Made by a program: the position numbers and the translations under genes
Shown: positions 31,125 through 40,759 of the stretch, piece by piece
How positions within the stretch are numbered: position 1 is the stretch's first letter
How the letters are laid out: every line of letters starts with the position of its first letter
From: an uncultured Gemmatimonadota bacterium
GTDB taxonomy: Bacteria > Gemmatimonadota > Gemmatimonadetes > Palauibacterales > Palauibacteraceae
Direction of reading: 5' to 3'
NCBI GenBank assembly: GCA_964510615.1
Contig: CAZEBA010000009.1
Coordinates: 5,815-69,814, forward strand
Length of the DNA stretch: 64,000 nt
Notes under the pieces: generated by a model
The model's database searches: none
What the model was told of the DNA's origin: nothing
Seen by the model: only the letters and a program-made list of their open reading frames with translations

Positions 31125-32431
31125 GCGGCCGGCGGCTCGCTGTTCGTGGGAGCGCCCTGCACCGGGCCGACGGCGGCTGCGATCCCCGCCTTCTCGTCGA
31201 CCAGCATCAGGAGCGCGAGCCCGATCACGAAGAAACCGGCGATGGAGGCCATCGCCAGCCTCGGATTCCCGGTGCTCCCCACCACGGTCCCATAGAGGAA
31301 CGGCCCGGCGACCGACGACAACTTGCCGGAGAAGGCGAAGAAACCGAAGAACTCTCCGTGCTTCTCCTCCGGGGTCATCACGGCCAGCAGACTGCGGCTG
31401 GCGGACTGGTTGGGTCCGACCATGAGGCCGATCCCGATCGCCGCGATCCAGAAGCCCGTGCGGGTGTCGGCGGTGGCGCCGAGGAATCCCGCGACGGTGA
31501 GGACGACGAGCGTGATCGCGATCGTCCATTTGCCGCCGATGAGGTCGTTGACGAAGCCGAAGGCGAAGGCGCCCGCGGCGGCCGCCACGTTGAGGATGAT
31601 CCCGAGCAGAATCACCTCCTCGACCGAGAAGCCGAACACGGCTCCGGCGTAGGCCCCGCCGAGGGCGAAGATGGTGACGAGCCCGTCGTTGTAGACCAGC
31701 CGGGCGAGCAGCGCCTTCGCAGCCTCCCGGTAGCCGCGCAAGTGCCGGAAGGTCTGGGCGACCCGCCGAATCCCCTCGCGGACATAGGTTCCCGGCTCGA
31801 CCGCTCGCGCCACCCCCCGCTCGCGCAGAAACAGGAAGGTCGGGAGCGCGAACAGCCCGAACCAGGCGACGACCAGCAGGTTGGTGGCCCGGACGTCCAG
31901 ATAGGACTCGGAGGGAAGCCAGCCCCCTCGTGTAAAACCGAGCGCGATGACCAGCGCCAGCAGGCCGCCGAGGTAGCCCAGCGCCCAGCCGTAGCCGGAG
32001 ATCCGGCCCATCGTCTCCGACCTCGAGATCTCGGGCAGGAAGGCGTTGTAGAACGCCTGTCCCCCCTCGTAGGCCACGTTGGCGAACACGAAGATCACGG
32101 CGCCGAGCACCGCCATGCCGGGCCGGACGAAGAAGAGCAGAAAGGTGAACGCCAGCGTCTGCAGGGTGGCCAGCAGGAGAAACCGCTTCTTCCGGCGCGA
32201 GAAGTCCGCGATCGCTCCGAGCACCGGCATGGTTAGGGCTACCAGGATGGCGGAGACGTTGACCGCACGCGTCCAGATGACGAAGCCCCTCACCTCGTCG
32301 GCCGCGACGACGTGTATGAAGTAGTAGCTGAAGATGAAGGTGACGACGAGGGTGGTGAACGCCGAGTTGGCGAAGTCGTACATGCACCACGAGACGATCT
32401 CGCGCCGCCGAACCTCCGAGCGCTCGCTCAC
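31121..32431 (-). CDS. MFS transporter, UMF1 family
   Basis: The N-terminal WCMYDFANSAFTT motif is diagnostic of UMF1/Atg22-like MFS, with 12 TM helices. Confidence 0.7.
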   Translation of the reverse strand: MSERSEVRRREIVSWCMYDFANSAFTTLVVTFIFSYYFIHVVAADEVRGFVIWTRAVNVSAILVALTMPVLGAIADFSRRKKRFLLLATLQTLAFTFLLFFVRPGMAVLGAVIFVFANVAYEGGQAFYNAFLPEISRSETMGRISGYGWALGYLGGLLALVIALGFTRGGWLPSESYLDVRATNLLVVAWFGLFALPTFLFLRERGVARAVEPGTYVREGIRRVAQTFRHLRGYREAAKALLARLVYNDGLVTIFALGGAYAGAVFGFSVEEVILLGIILNVAAAAGAFAFGFVNDLIGGKWTIAITLVVLTVAGFLGATADTRTGFWIAAIGIGLMVGPNQSASRSLLAVMTPEEKHGEFFGFFAFSGKLSSVAGPFLYGTVVGSTGNPRLAMASIAGFFVIGLALLMLVDEKAGIAAAVGPVQGAPTNSEPPAA

Positions 32432-32503
32432 CGGATCAACGGCGGACTCGTCCCGCGCGAAACCATCATCCGCTCCGGCCGCGTCGCACGGCGCCAGGTG
32501 AGA

Positions 32504-33568
32504 TCACCGCACGGCCAGCGGGCGGCCCGGTGAGCCGGTGGCGCCGACCAGCCGGAGAGGGGTGAAGACGAACAGGAACTCGTAGACCCCGTCGGCGGCG
32601 AGCTCGTCCAGGCTCATGTTCTCCAGGTTGTGGATCCCGTTCTCCGGGATCAGGACCTGGTGCACGGGGAAGGCGAGGTCGGGATCGGGGTTCGGCACCA
32701 CCTCGGTGGTCCACGAGTCCGATCCCACCATGGAGGGTCTCCGCTCCACGATCCAGCGGGCCACCTCGAGGCCGATCCCGGGCGGGCTCTCGTTGTAGGA
32801 AGCAGCATCGTTCCAGTGGACGGCCCAACCGTACCGGAAGAGAATGGCATCGCCGGGCCGGAGGTCCGACTCGGACATCCCCTGCCGCGCCAGCGCTCCC
32901 CTCACGTCCACCACCGTGACCTCGTATCCGCGCGGCAGGGTAGACACGCCCTTGTATCCGGCCACGTCCACGAGCAGCCCGCGCGTCAGGATCGCCCGCA
33001 CGTGCTCGACGCCCAGCTCGCGCAGGCCGTGCGCGCCCCGCATCTCCTCGACCGTCACCCCGTTGTAGAAGACGTCCCGCACCGAGCCATCGCCCATCTC
33101 GAGGCGCGTTCCGATGTGCCCCAGCCCGTCGAACTGGGTCCCCACCTGGCCGATCTCCGCACATACGAACTCGTCGTGCCCGACCAGGCGGTTCGAGCCG
33201 AACGGATCGTCGTAGGTGGGGGAGCCGGGGATGTACAGCGTATAGCTGCGCGCGCCGAACATGGGCATCCCGCGCTCGTAGGGATGGCCGAGCTCATAGA
33301 CCTCGCCGGTGGTCACCAGCCCCACGGCCTCGCGGATCGTCTCCGGCGTGATCCAGTTCGTCGCCCCGACGCGGTCATCCGGACCCCAGATCGGATGCGG
33401 CCACCACGGGCCCTCGGCCCGGGTCTGACCGTGCGCGGCCCCGGCGGTCACGAGCAGGCTGGCGGCGAAGAGGGCCGCGGGCCGACGGCCGGACCCCGAG
33501 AATCGGCGTGCCCTCCCGGGCCAGCAGGCCCGGGCGAGCGTCCCGCCGCAGGAGGCCGGGAAGGCCAT
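32504..33568 (-). CDS. Cyclase family protein (kynurenine formamidase-like fold), secreted
   Basis: Signal peptide followed by cyclase-family blocks (GTQFDGLGHIG, VVDV, GSDSW). Confidence 0.7.
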   Translation of the reverse strand: MAFPASCGGTLARACWPGRARRFSGSGRRPAALFAASLLVTAGAAHGQTRAEGPWWPHPIWGPDDRVGATNWITPETIREAVGLVTTGEVYELGHPYERGMPMFGARSYTLYIPGSPTYDDPFGSNRLVGHDEFVCAEIGQVGTQFDGLGHIGTRLEMGDGSVRDVFYNGVTVEEMRGAHGLRELGVEHVRAILTRGLLVDVAGYKGVSTLPRGYEVTVVDVRGALARQGMSESDLRPGDAILFRYGWAVHWNDAASYNESPPGIGLEVARWIVERRPSMVGSDSWTTEVVPNPDPDLAFPVHQVLIPENGIHNLENMSLDELAADGVYEFLFVFTPLRLVGATGSPGRPLAVR

Positions 33569-35022
33569 CAGCGCACTCCCACCAAACCCTTCACGGACTC
33601 GATGAGCTGCGCCGAGTCGTAGCCGACCCCGTCCTTGAACACGATCGTCGGGTTCCGGATCGCGGATACGTCGCTGGCCAGATCGCCTTCCAGCAGGACG
33701 AGATCGGCCACCTTGCCGGACTCGATCGTGCCCAGCTCCTCATCCACGCCGAGGATCGTCGCCCCGTTCGCGGAACAGATCTGCACCGCCTCCTCGATCG
33801 AGAAGCCCGCCTCCACCAGGAGCTCCACGTTCCGCTGGTCTCCGAAGCCGTGGATCGCTCCGCCGATGCCCGTCGGATCCACGCCGGCCGCCAGCAGCCC
33901 GCCCGCCGCCGCGAACGCGCGCTCGAACACCATCTCCTTCTCCAGCATCCGCACGTTGAAGGGGAAGTTCGGGCCCGCCTCCTTGATCCGGCCCCGCGTG
34001 TCCAGGTAGGCCTCGCGGATCTCCGGCGCCATCGCCTCGAGCGTACGCTCGTCCTCGACCGGCCGGTCGGGAATGAACGGCTCGATCACGGCCATCGTCG
34101 ACGTCATCGACACGCCGTTGTCGACCAGCTTGGCGATCGTGGCCTGCGCCACCTCGCCTGTCGGGTCGCCCTGCTGACCCACGGTGATCATGCTGTTGGG
34201 AGGGCAGGCATCCGGCGTCTTGTTCGGGTCGAAGTCGGTGGCGGTGAGGAAGCCGTGCTCCAAGTTATCGATGCCCAGGTCCACGGCCTCCTGAAAGCTC
34301 ACCGAGCACAGGTGCCCGGTGACCTTCATGCCGAGCGCATGCGCGGCATCGATCGCCGCGCCGAGGCTCTCCCGGGTGATGTCCGTGTACGCCTTGATCC
34401 ACGTTGCCCCCTCCTCGGCCCAGTACTCCACGAAACGCCGTGCCTGCTCGGGCGTGTCGACCGCCGCCATGCTCGCCGGAGAGCCTCCGCCCGAGCCGGT
34501 GATGTAGGGAGCCGTGATGTGCATGCGCGGCCCGGGTGTCCGGCCCTCATCGATGGCGCGTTTGAGGTTGATGTCGGCGTACGGCGACTGGCTTCCGGTC
34601 GTCCGCACGCTGGTGACGCCCGAGGCCAGGTACAGGCGCGGCCCGCTGAAGCTGAGCTGGGCCTGACGGCCGCCCGCGGCCGTGTAGAAGATGTGGTTGT
34701 GTAACCCCACCATGCCGGGGATCACCGTCCTGCCGCTGCCGTCGATGGTCTCCGCCCCCTCGGGGATCGCGACCTCTGCCGCCGGACCGACGGCCCGGAT
34801 GTGTCCCCCCTCGATCAGGATGGTCTGTCCGGTCCGGGCGGGCGCGCCGGTCCCGTCGATGATGGCGACGTTCTCGATCGCCACCAGATCGGCGGTAACG
34901 CTCACGAACTCCCGGACATCCTCGCTCAGGTCGGCAGCGGTCTGCGCTCGAACCGGGCGGACGGCAGGCGCGATCGCGAGGGTGAGGGCGAGGAACACGG
35001 GCGGGGTTCGAAGCGGTGTCAT
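33568..35022 (-). CDS. Amidohydrolase family protein, secreted
   Basis: Start MTPLRTPPVFLALTLAIAPAV (signal peptide), then the metal-binding GLHNHIFY (HxH), KAYTD and a later HxxxD-type region. The ORF track's N-terminal extension is rejected. Confidence 0.7.
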   Translation of the reverse strand: MTPLRTPPVFLALTLAIAPAVRPVRAQTAADLSEDVREFVSVTADLVAIENVAIIDGTGAPARTGQTILIEGGHIRAVGPAAEVAIPEGAETIDGSGRTVIPGMVGLHNHIFYTAAGGRQAQLSFSGPRLYLASGVTSVRTTGSQSPYADINLKRAIDEGRTPGPRMHITAPYITGSGGGSPASMAAVDTPEQARRFVEYWAEEGATWIKAYTDITRESLGAAIDAAHALGMKVTGHLCSVSFQEAVDLGIDNLEHGFLTATDFDPNKTPDACPPNSMITVGQQGDPTGEVAQATIAKLVDNGVSMTSTMAVIEPFIPDRPVEDERTLEAMAPEIREAYLDTRGRIKEAGPNFPFNVRMLEKEMVFERAFAAAGGLLAAGVDPTGIGGAIHGFGDQRNVELLVEAGFSIEEAVQICSANGATILGVDEELGTIESGKVADLVLLEGDLASDVSAIRNPTIVFKDGVGYDSAQLIESVKGLVGVR

Positions 35023-35107
35023 GGGCGTCTCCAGCGGCCGTTTCGTGTGATGGCTTGCCTTGCGAGTGTCCGGCCGCGGTGGCCGGCCCGAGGACTCCGG
35101 TGAGGGA

Positions 35108-37405
35108 TCACGGTGGGGGCTTCGCCTCACCGTCCACCCGGAACACCATCCTCATCCCGGACTCGAGGTGCTCGGCGATGTGGCAGTGGAGCATCCAGTC
35201 GCCCGGGTTGGTGAGCTCGAGCAGAATATCCACCGTCGAGCCCACCGGCAGCAACACGGTGTCCTTCCACACCAGGTTCCGGTTCGGCACGCCGTTCACC
35301 GCCAGCACCAGGAAACGCTGACCGTGAAGGTGGATCGGGTGCTGCATGGCGTGCAGGACGCGGCGCTCGTTGGCCAGCCGGATCTTCACCACATCTCCGA
35401 CCCGGAAGCGCCAGTCGATGGCCTCGTTTCGTGCACCGGTGGCCGGATCGAGCAGCACCCAATCGACGTTGCGCGTGGTGGACGACCAGTTCATCAGCGG
35501 CATCGTCCCGCTCCATTCCACTGGATGGAAGTAGGCGGAGTCCAGCTGCATGAGCCGCTCGACCAGAAACGGCAACCCCCTGGCTTCCATCGTCAGCACG
35601 AGCTCGCGATCCACGGGCCCGTCGAACCGCTCGCGAAAGCGGGAGATCTCGTCCACGACGAAGCGGTGCTCGCGGAGCCTCTCGAACTCCCGTCCCAGGT
35701 CCGGCGTGACCGCCTCGTCCCCCACCATCACCACACCGAGGGTATCCTCCTCCGGGAGGAAGCGGCCGTACAGGTGGTCGACGCCCCGAACGCGGTTGAG
35801 AAGCGGAACCTCGCCGGGAGCCTCGAAGCGGGCGTGCACCACGTAACGCTCGGCCGGGGCGAGCACGATGTTCTCCACCCATTCCTCGCGCTCGAAGTTG
35901 CCGACGTCGGAGCCGACCACCTTCAGGCGTACGCCGGGAAGCGAGAGGTTGAGCGTGCGCGTGTTGGAGACGTTGGTCAGGAAGAAGCGCACGACCTCGC
36001 CGGCACGAACCCGGAGGCGATACTCCGGCTCCCCGTTCACCAGCAGCAGGTTGCCGAAGCGACCCATGAGCGCGTGCGTGGCCGCCTCCTCGCCGAACGG
36101 CAGCAACCCGGCCTCGCCGATCGCGAGGTCGTCGAGCAGGAGGATCTCCTCCCGGTTGGCCGGGCCGTAGTAGTCGGGACGGGAGGGACGCACGAGCATG
36201 TTGCCGTAGAGGCCGAGGTCCTGGCTGATGTCCTCGCGATGGTGGGGGTGGTACCAGTAGATGCCAGGATCCCGGAAATGGACCTCGTAGCGGAACGAGC
36301 CGCCCGGCGGCACCAGGTCCTGCGTGACCCCTGGAACCCCGTCGTACCGGTTCTCCAGACGCACGCCGTGCCAGTGGATCGTCGTCGGGAGATCGATCTC
36401 GTTCCGGAAGCCGACCGTCACCCGAGCGGCTTGCGGCACCCAGAGCAGCGGCCCCGGGACCTGCCCGTTGAAGCCGTACAGAACGAGCTCCCGGTCGCCG
36501 ATGCGGCGGCGCACCGGTCCGGCCACCAACGAGAGGGAGTCGCCGTCGGCGAGGCGCACCACTTCCATCGGCCGTGCGATCGGCACGTCGGGCCGCGAGG
36601 CTGGCGACGGCAAAAAGGGCCGTACGTCGGGCCGCAGCTCCATTAGGGCGGGTAGCATCGACAGGCCGGCCGGCATCGGAGGCAGCATCCAGCCGCCGGG
36701 CCCCATACCCTCCGTCGCGCTCGGGTGGCCGCCGGCGTGGAGGCCATCATCGGCGGCGCCGACGGCCCGCCCGCCCAGCGCGAACTCGAAGAAATCGGGC
36801 GACCGCATGCGGGTGCTCGGAGATCGGCCGCGGAGGACGAGCGGACCGATCCGCTCCGGGACGTCGACGGAGCGCTCGGCGCTCACCAGTACGACGAACT
36901 TTTCCCAGTCGATCACGCCGAGCCGGTTGGCCCCGTTGTGCACCGCTCCGAGCCGAATCTCGGGAGTGAGCACCGGCGTCGTGAGCCAGGCGACGTACGC
37001 CGAGTAGGGGCCCAGGTCGGACGGATCGGGCAGGCCCCGGAGCGTCAGCACGGCATCGTGACGGTGCCTGCCATCGACGGTGACGGCCGCTCCGAACGGG
37101 GAGGAGGCCGGCAGCAGCGACACCGCACCCTCGATGCCCTCCCGACCGGCGGCCGCCACCAGCTGCATGCAGTACAGGTCGAGGCTGGGGGCGAGCCCGC
37201 CGCCGGCCGGCGCCAGGACGGCGCACAGCTCGCTCCTCGTCCCGGCGCCACCGGAAGCCGCGCCGGGAGCCGCGTCGCCACCCGCGCCAGGACCCGCGCG
37301 GGCCACCGGATCACCGGCGGTGACCCCGCCGCCCGCGACCGCGATCGCGATCGCCAGAACCGCCGCCGCCGCCCATGCTCCCCTCCCGGGCACCCTCGAG
37401 CCCAC
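35108..37405 (-). CDS. Multicopper oxidase
   Basis: Copper-binding motifs HWHG, WYHPH and the C-terminal HCHIAEHLESGM. Signal peptide followed by a G/A-rich linker. Confidence 0.85.
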   Translation of the reverse strand: MGSRVPGRGAWAAAAVLAIAIAVAGGGVTAGDPVARAGPGAGGDAAPGAASGGAGTRSELCAVLAPAGGGLAPSLDLYCMQLVAAAGREGIEGAVSLLPASSPFGAAVTVDGRHRHDAVLTLRGLPDPSDLGPYSAYVAWLTTPVLTPEIRLGAVHNGANRLGVIDWEKFVVLVSAERSVDVPERIGPLVLRGRSPSTRMRSPDFFEFALGGRAVGAADDGLHAGGHPSATEGMGPGGWMLPPMPAGLSMLPALMELRPDVRPFLPSPASRPDVPIARPMEVVRLADGDSLSLVAGPVRRRIGDRELVLYGFNGQVPGPLLWVPQAARVTVGFRNEIDLPTTIHWHGVRLENRYDGVPGVTQDLVPPGGSFRYEVHFRDPGIYWYHPHHREDISQDLGLYGNMLVRPSRPDYYGPANREEILLLDDLAIGEAGLLPFGEEAATHALMGRFGNLLLVNGEPEYRLRVRAGEVVRFFLTNVSNTRTLNLSLPGVRLKVVGSDVGNFEREEWVENIVLAPAERYVVHARFEAPGEVPLLNRVRGVDHLYGRFLPEEDTLGVVMVGDEAVTPDLGREFERLREHRFVVDEISRFRERFDGPVDRELVLTMEARGLPFLVERLMQLDSAYFHPVEWSGTMPLMNWSSTTRNVDWVLLDPATGARNEAIDWRFRVGDVVKIRLANERRVLHAMQHPIHLHGQRFLVLAVNGVPNRNLVWKDTVLLPVGSTVDILLELTNPGDWMLHCHIAEHLESGMRMVFRVDGEAKPPP

Positions 37406-37415
37406 CAGCCTCAGC

Positions 37416-38282
37416 TCACTCCTGCTGCAGGCGTCGCACGACGCGGGTCGTCAGCCGCCGGGGTGCAATGCGAAGGGCGAGCGGACCTGCCTTGTTCATG
37501 ACGCCGGGGATTACGATCCGCCGGCCGCTCAGCATGCCTCGGTAGCCGGCCGCGGCCACCGAGGCCGCATCCATCACGCCGAGGTGCCGCAACAGGCCGG
37601 AGCCCTCCATGTCGGCGCGCTTGTGGAACTCCGTCTTGGTGGGACCTGGACAGAGCGCCGTCACCGTGACGGGTGATCCTCGCAGTTCCTCCGCCAGCGC
37701 CTCGCTGAAGTGGAGAACGTACGCCTTGGTCGCGTAGTAGACGGCCATCAGCGGACCCGGCTGGAAGGCGGCGGTGGAGGCGACGTTCAGGATACGGCCC
37801 GCACCGCGCTCCAGCATGGCGGGAAGGAGGAGCCCGGTGAGCTCCGTGAGCGCGGAGACGTTCAGCCGGATCATGCGCAGGCTCGCTTCGAGGTCGGTCT
37901 CGGCGAACGGGCCGAAGGTCCCGAAGCCGGCGTTGTTGACCAGGACATCGACCGGCCGCTCGGCCAGGCGGGTTACCAGCCCGGCGGCCGCGCCGGGCCT
38001 CGAGAGATCCTGCACCACCCAGGTCACGTCGACCCCGTGCCTGCCGCTCAGCTCCTCCGCGACCTGCCGCAACCTGGCCTCGTCCCGGGCCACCACTGCC
38101 AGATCGTGCCCGTCGCGGGCCAGCAACCGGCTCAGCTCGCAGCCGATGCCCACCGTGGCGCCCGTAACCACGGCCAGCGGCCGGCCCGTTACCGTACCCC
38201 CCGACGATCGCCCGTTCACGGGATTCGGACTCCGGAACCGCACCGGTCGACGTGCAACCTTCCTGGCATCGCACGCATCCAT
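37416..38282 (-). CDS. SDR family oxidoreductase
   Basis: TGATVGIGCE (TGxxxGIG), NNAG and YYATKAYV (YxxxK). Confidence 0.8.
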   Translation of the reverse strand: MDACDARKVARRPVRFRSPNPVNGRSSGGTVTGRPLAVVTGATVGIGCELSRLLARDGHDLAVVARDEARLRQVAEELSGRHGVDVTWVVQDLSRPGAAAGLVTRLAERPVDVLVNNAGFGTFGPFAETDLEASLRMIRLNVSALTELTGLLLPAMLERGAGRILNVASTAAFQPGPLMAVYYATKAYVLHFSEALAEELRGSPVTVTALCPGPTKTEFHKRADMEGSGLLRHLGVMDAASVAAAGYRGMLSGRRIVIPGVMNKAGPLALRIAPRRLTTRVVRRLQQE

Positions 38283-38426
38283 ACGAGGGAACGACAGAAC
38301 CAGCGTTCGCGATACCTAACCCAATCGACCGGTTCGCGCCACGCCGGCGGCCAAGGCGCCGCCTCTCGCGATCGTGAAACCTTCATCCAGTGCGCTCCGT
38401 AGGGTCGGCCAAAGAGATCGGAACGC

Positions 38427-39860
38427 ATGAAGCCATCGCGCGACGAGGAAGAGAACACGGTGGAGATCCCCCTCCCCAGCGAGAGGAGCCGTCCCCGCAT
38501 CGTAACCGACGCCGACAAGTCGGCGGGGCGGAAAGATGGCGTCGGGCGCGGGTCCGGGCCCGAGGCGGGCGAGTGGGAGAAGGAGGGAGGGCCGTCCCGG
38601 CGTCCCGGGTCCCGGATGGACATCGCGAGGGAGGTCACTCGCAGCCGGCGCAAGCCGATCCTCATAGGTCTCGGCATCGTCGCCCTCATCGTGATCACCG
38701 TCCTCCTGTCCATCATGAGGCCGGCCTCGCCGAGCGTTCAGCGCAACGCGGTGCTGATCGGTACCGTGGAGCGCGGCCCGATGGTCCGGGCGGTGAGAGG
38801 GCCGGGAACCCTCGTCCCGGAGCAGATGCGGTTCGTCTCCGCTCTCACGGCGGGCCGGGTCGAGCAGGTGTTCGTCGAGCCCGGCGAGACCGTGCAGGCG
38901 CCAACCGTGCTTCTTCAGCTCAGCAACCCGGACGTGGAGCTCGAGTCCCTCCAGGCCGAGCAGCAGTGGACGGCCGCCCAGGCCGGGCTCGTGGATCTCA
39001 GACGGTCGCTCGGGACGCAGATGCTCGCTCAGGAGGCAGCCCTCGCCCAGGCGCGAGCGGACTGGCTGGAAGCGAACCGGACGGCGGAGTCGGACTCGGT
39101 CTTCTATCAGCGCGAGCTCATCAGCCGCAACGAGGCGCTCCAGTCCCGCGAGCGGGCAGAGGCCGCCAGGATCCGGCTCGATACGGAGGAGAAGCGTTAC
39201 GAGCTGCTCCAGCAGACGGTGGATGGCCAGCTGCAGGTCCAGGAGGAGCAGGTCGGCCGGCTTCGGTCGATCTACGAGTACCAGCGCCGGCGGGTGGAAT
39301 CGATGAAGGTGACGGCCGGCGCGGCCGGGGTCCTCCAGGACCTATCGCTCGAGCCCGGCCAGTGGGTCCAGTCCGGAACGACCCTCGCGCGGGTGGCGCA
39401 GCCCGGCCGGCTGAAGGCGGAGCTGCGCATCCCCCAGACGCAGGCCACGGAGGTGCAGCCGGGTCAGCGTGCGGTGATCGACACGCGGAGCGACCTGATC
39501 GAGGGCCGGGTGAAGCGGGTGGATCCGAACGTCCAGAACGGCGCGGTGCTGGTGGAGGTCGCTCTGGAGGGCGAGCTGCCCCGCGGCGCGCGCCCCGACC
39601 TGAGCGTCGACGGGACGATCGAGATCGAGCGACTGGCGGATGTGCTGCACGTCGGACGTCCGGCGTATGGCCAGAGCCACAGCACGGTGGGGCTGTTCAA
39701 GCTGGTCGAGGGAGGTGACGCGGCCGTACGGGTGCCGGTGCGTCTCGGGGCGAGCTCGGTCAACGAGATCGAGATCGTCGACGGACTGGAGGAGGGAGAG
39801 GAGGTCATCCTCTCCGACATGTCTCGCTGGGATGATACGGAACGGGTGCGGTTGAAGTAG
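38427..39860 (+). CDS. HlyD family efflux/secretion periplasmic adaptor
   Basis: Single TM anchor, long coiled-coil (QAEQQWTAAQAGLVDLRRSL ... RIRLDTEEKRYELLQQ) and a beta-barrel C-terminus. It lies upstream of the ABC ATPase and permease. Confidence 0.75.
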   Translation: MKPSRDEEENTVEIPLPSERSRPRIVTDADKSAGRKDGVGRGSGPEAGEWEKEGGPSRRPGSRMDIAREVTRSRRKPILIGLGIVALIVITVLLSIMRPASPSVQRNAVLIGTVERGPMVRAVRGPGTLVPEQMRFVSALTAGRVEQVFVEPGETVQAPTVLLQLSNPDVELESLQAEQQWTAAQAGLVDLRRSLGTQMLAQEAALAQARADWLEANRTAESDSVFYQRELISRNEALQSRERAEAARIRLDTEEKRYELLQQTVDGQLQVQEEQVGRLRSIYEYQRRRVESMKVTAGAAGVLQDLSLEPGQWVQSGTTLARVAQPGRLKAELRIPQTQATEVQPGQRAVIDTRSDLIEGRVKRVDPNVQNGAVLVEVALEGELPRGARPDLSVDGTIEIERLADVLHVGRPAYGQSHSTVGLFKLVEGGDAAVRVPVRLGASSVNEIEIVDGLEEGEEVILSDMSRWDDTERVRLK

Positions 39861-39940
39861 ACGGGAGACCGGGCCGCTCGCCTCGCCAACGACCGCTGAC
39901 GGCAGGTGAGCACCACAGGCGAAGAGGGGGAAAGGCGACG

Positions 39941-40708
39941 ATGAGCGCTACGAACGGGACCAACGGGGCAGGCAACGCGCCGGCCCTCATCGAGATGACC
40001 GGGGTGAGCAAGGTCTTCCTGACCGACGAGATCGAGACGCACGCACTCGCCGAGGTCGACCTGACCATCCAGGAAGGTGACTTTCTCTCCATCGCGGGGC
40101 CGTCCGGGTGCGGCAAGTCCACGTTGCTCTCGCTGCTGGGCTTGCTCGACTCGCCCACGGGCGGCGAGTACCTCCTGGATGGGAACCCGGTCGCGGACCT
40201 GAGCGCCTCGCAACGGGCCACGATCCGCAACCGTCACATCGGCTTCATCTTCCAGGCGTTCAATCTGATCGGCGACCTCACGGTGTACGAGAACGTCGAG
40301 CTGCCCCTCACCTATCGCGGGCTCTCCGGCGCCGAGCGAAAGGAGCGGGTGATGCAGGCGCTGGAGCGGGTGGACATGCCGCACCGCCTGAAGCACTACC
40401 CTTCCCAGCTCTCCGGCGGCCAGCAGCAGCGCGTGGCCGTCGCGCGCGCGGTGGCCGGCGACCCGCTCATCCTGTTGGCGGACGAGCCCACCGGGAACCT
40501 GGACTCCGCCAACGGCGAGGCGGTGATGAACCTGCTGGCCGAGCTGCATCAGGAGGGAGCCACCATCTGCATGGTGACGCACGATCCGCGCTACGCCGAC
40601 TACGCCGGCCGCACGATCCACCTGTTCGATGGCCAGATCGTCAGCGACGAGTCGAACGGCGCGGTGAGGGAGCTGCAGCGCCACGGCTACGAGGTCGTAG
40701 GCCAGTAG
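39941..40708 (+). CDS. ABC transporter ATP-binding protein (MacB/LolD-like)
   Basis: Walker [11 protein letters not shown]-loop, signature [14 protein letters not shown], Walker [13 protein letters not shown], and H-loop. Confidence 0.9.
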   Translation: MSATNGTNGAGNAPALIEMTGVSKVFLTDEIETHALAEVDLTIQEGDFLSIAGPSGCGKSTLLSLLGLLDSPTGGEYLLDGNPVADLSASQRATIRNRHIGFIFQAFNLIGDLTVYENVELPLTYRGLSGAERKERVMQALERVDMPHRLKHYPSQLSGGQQQRVAVARAVAGDPLILLADEPTGNLDSANGEAVMNLLAELHQEGATICMVTHDPRYADYAGRTIHLFDGQIVSDESNGAVRELQRHGYEVVGQ

Positions 40709-40759
40709 CGACGGCCTCGGCGAGAGGCCCGGGAGCCAACGACGAAGGGAAGACGGAGG

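Noticed and set aside
31125-32390. N-terminal 420 aa of the 964-aa ORF 29496-32390
   Set aside because: Out-of-frame overlap with the well-supported UMF1 MFS gene. CoA-ligase homology begins at the GTG overlapping the MFS stop.
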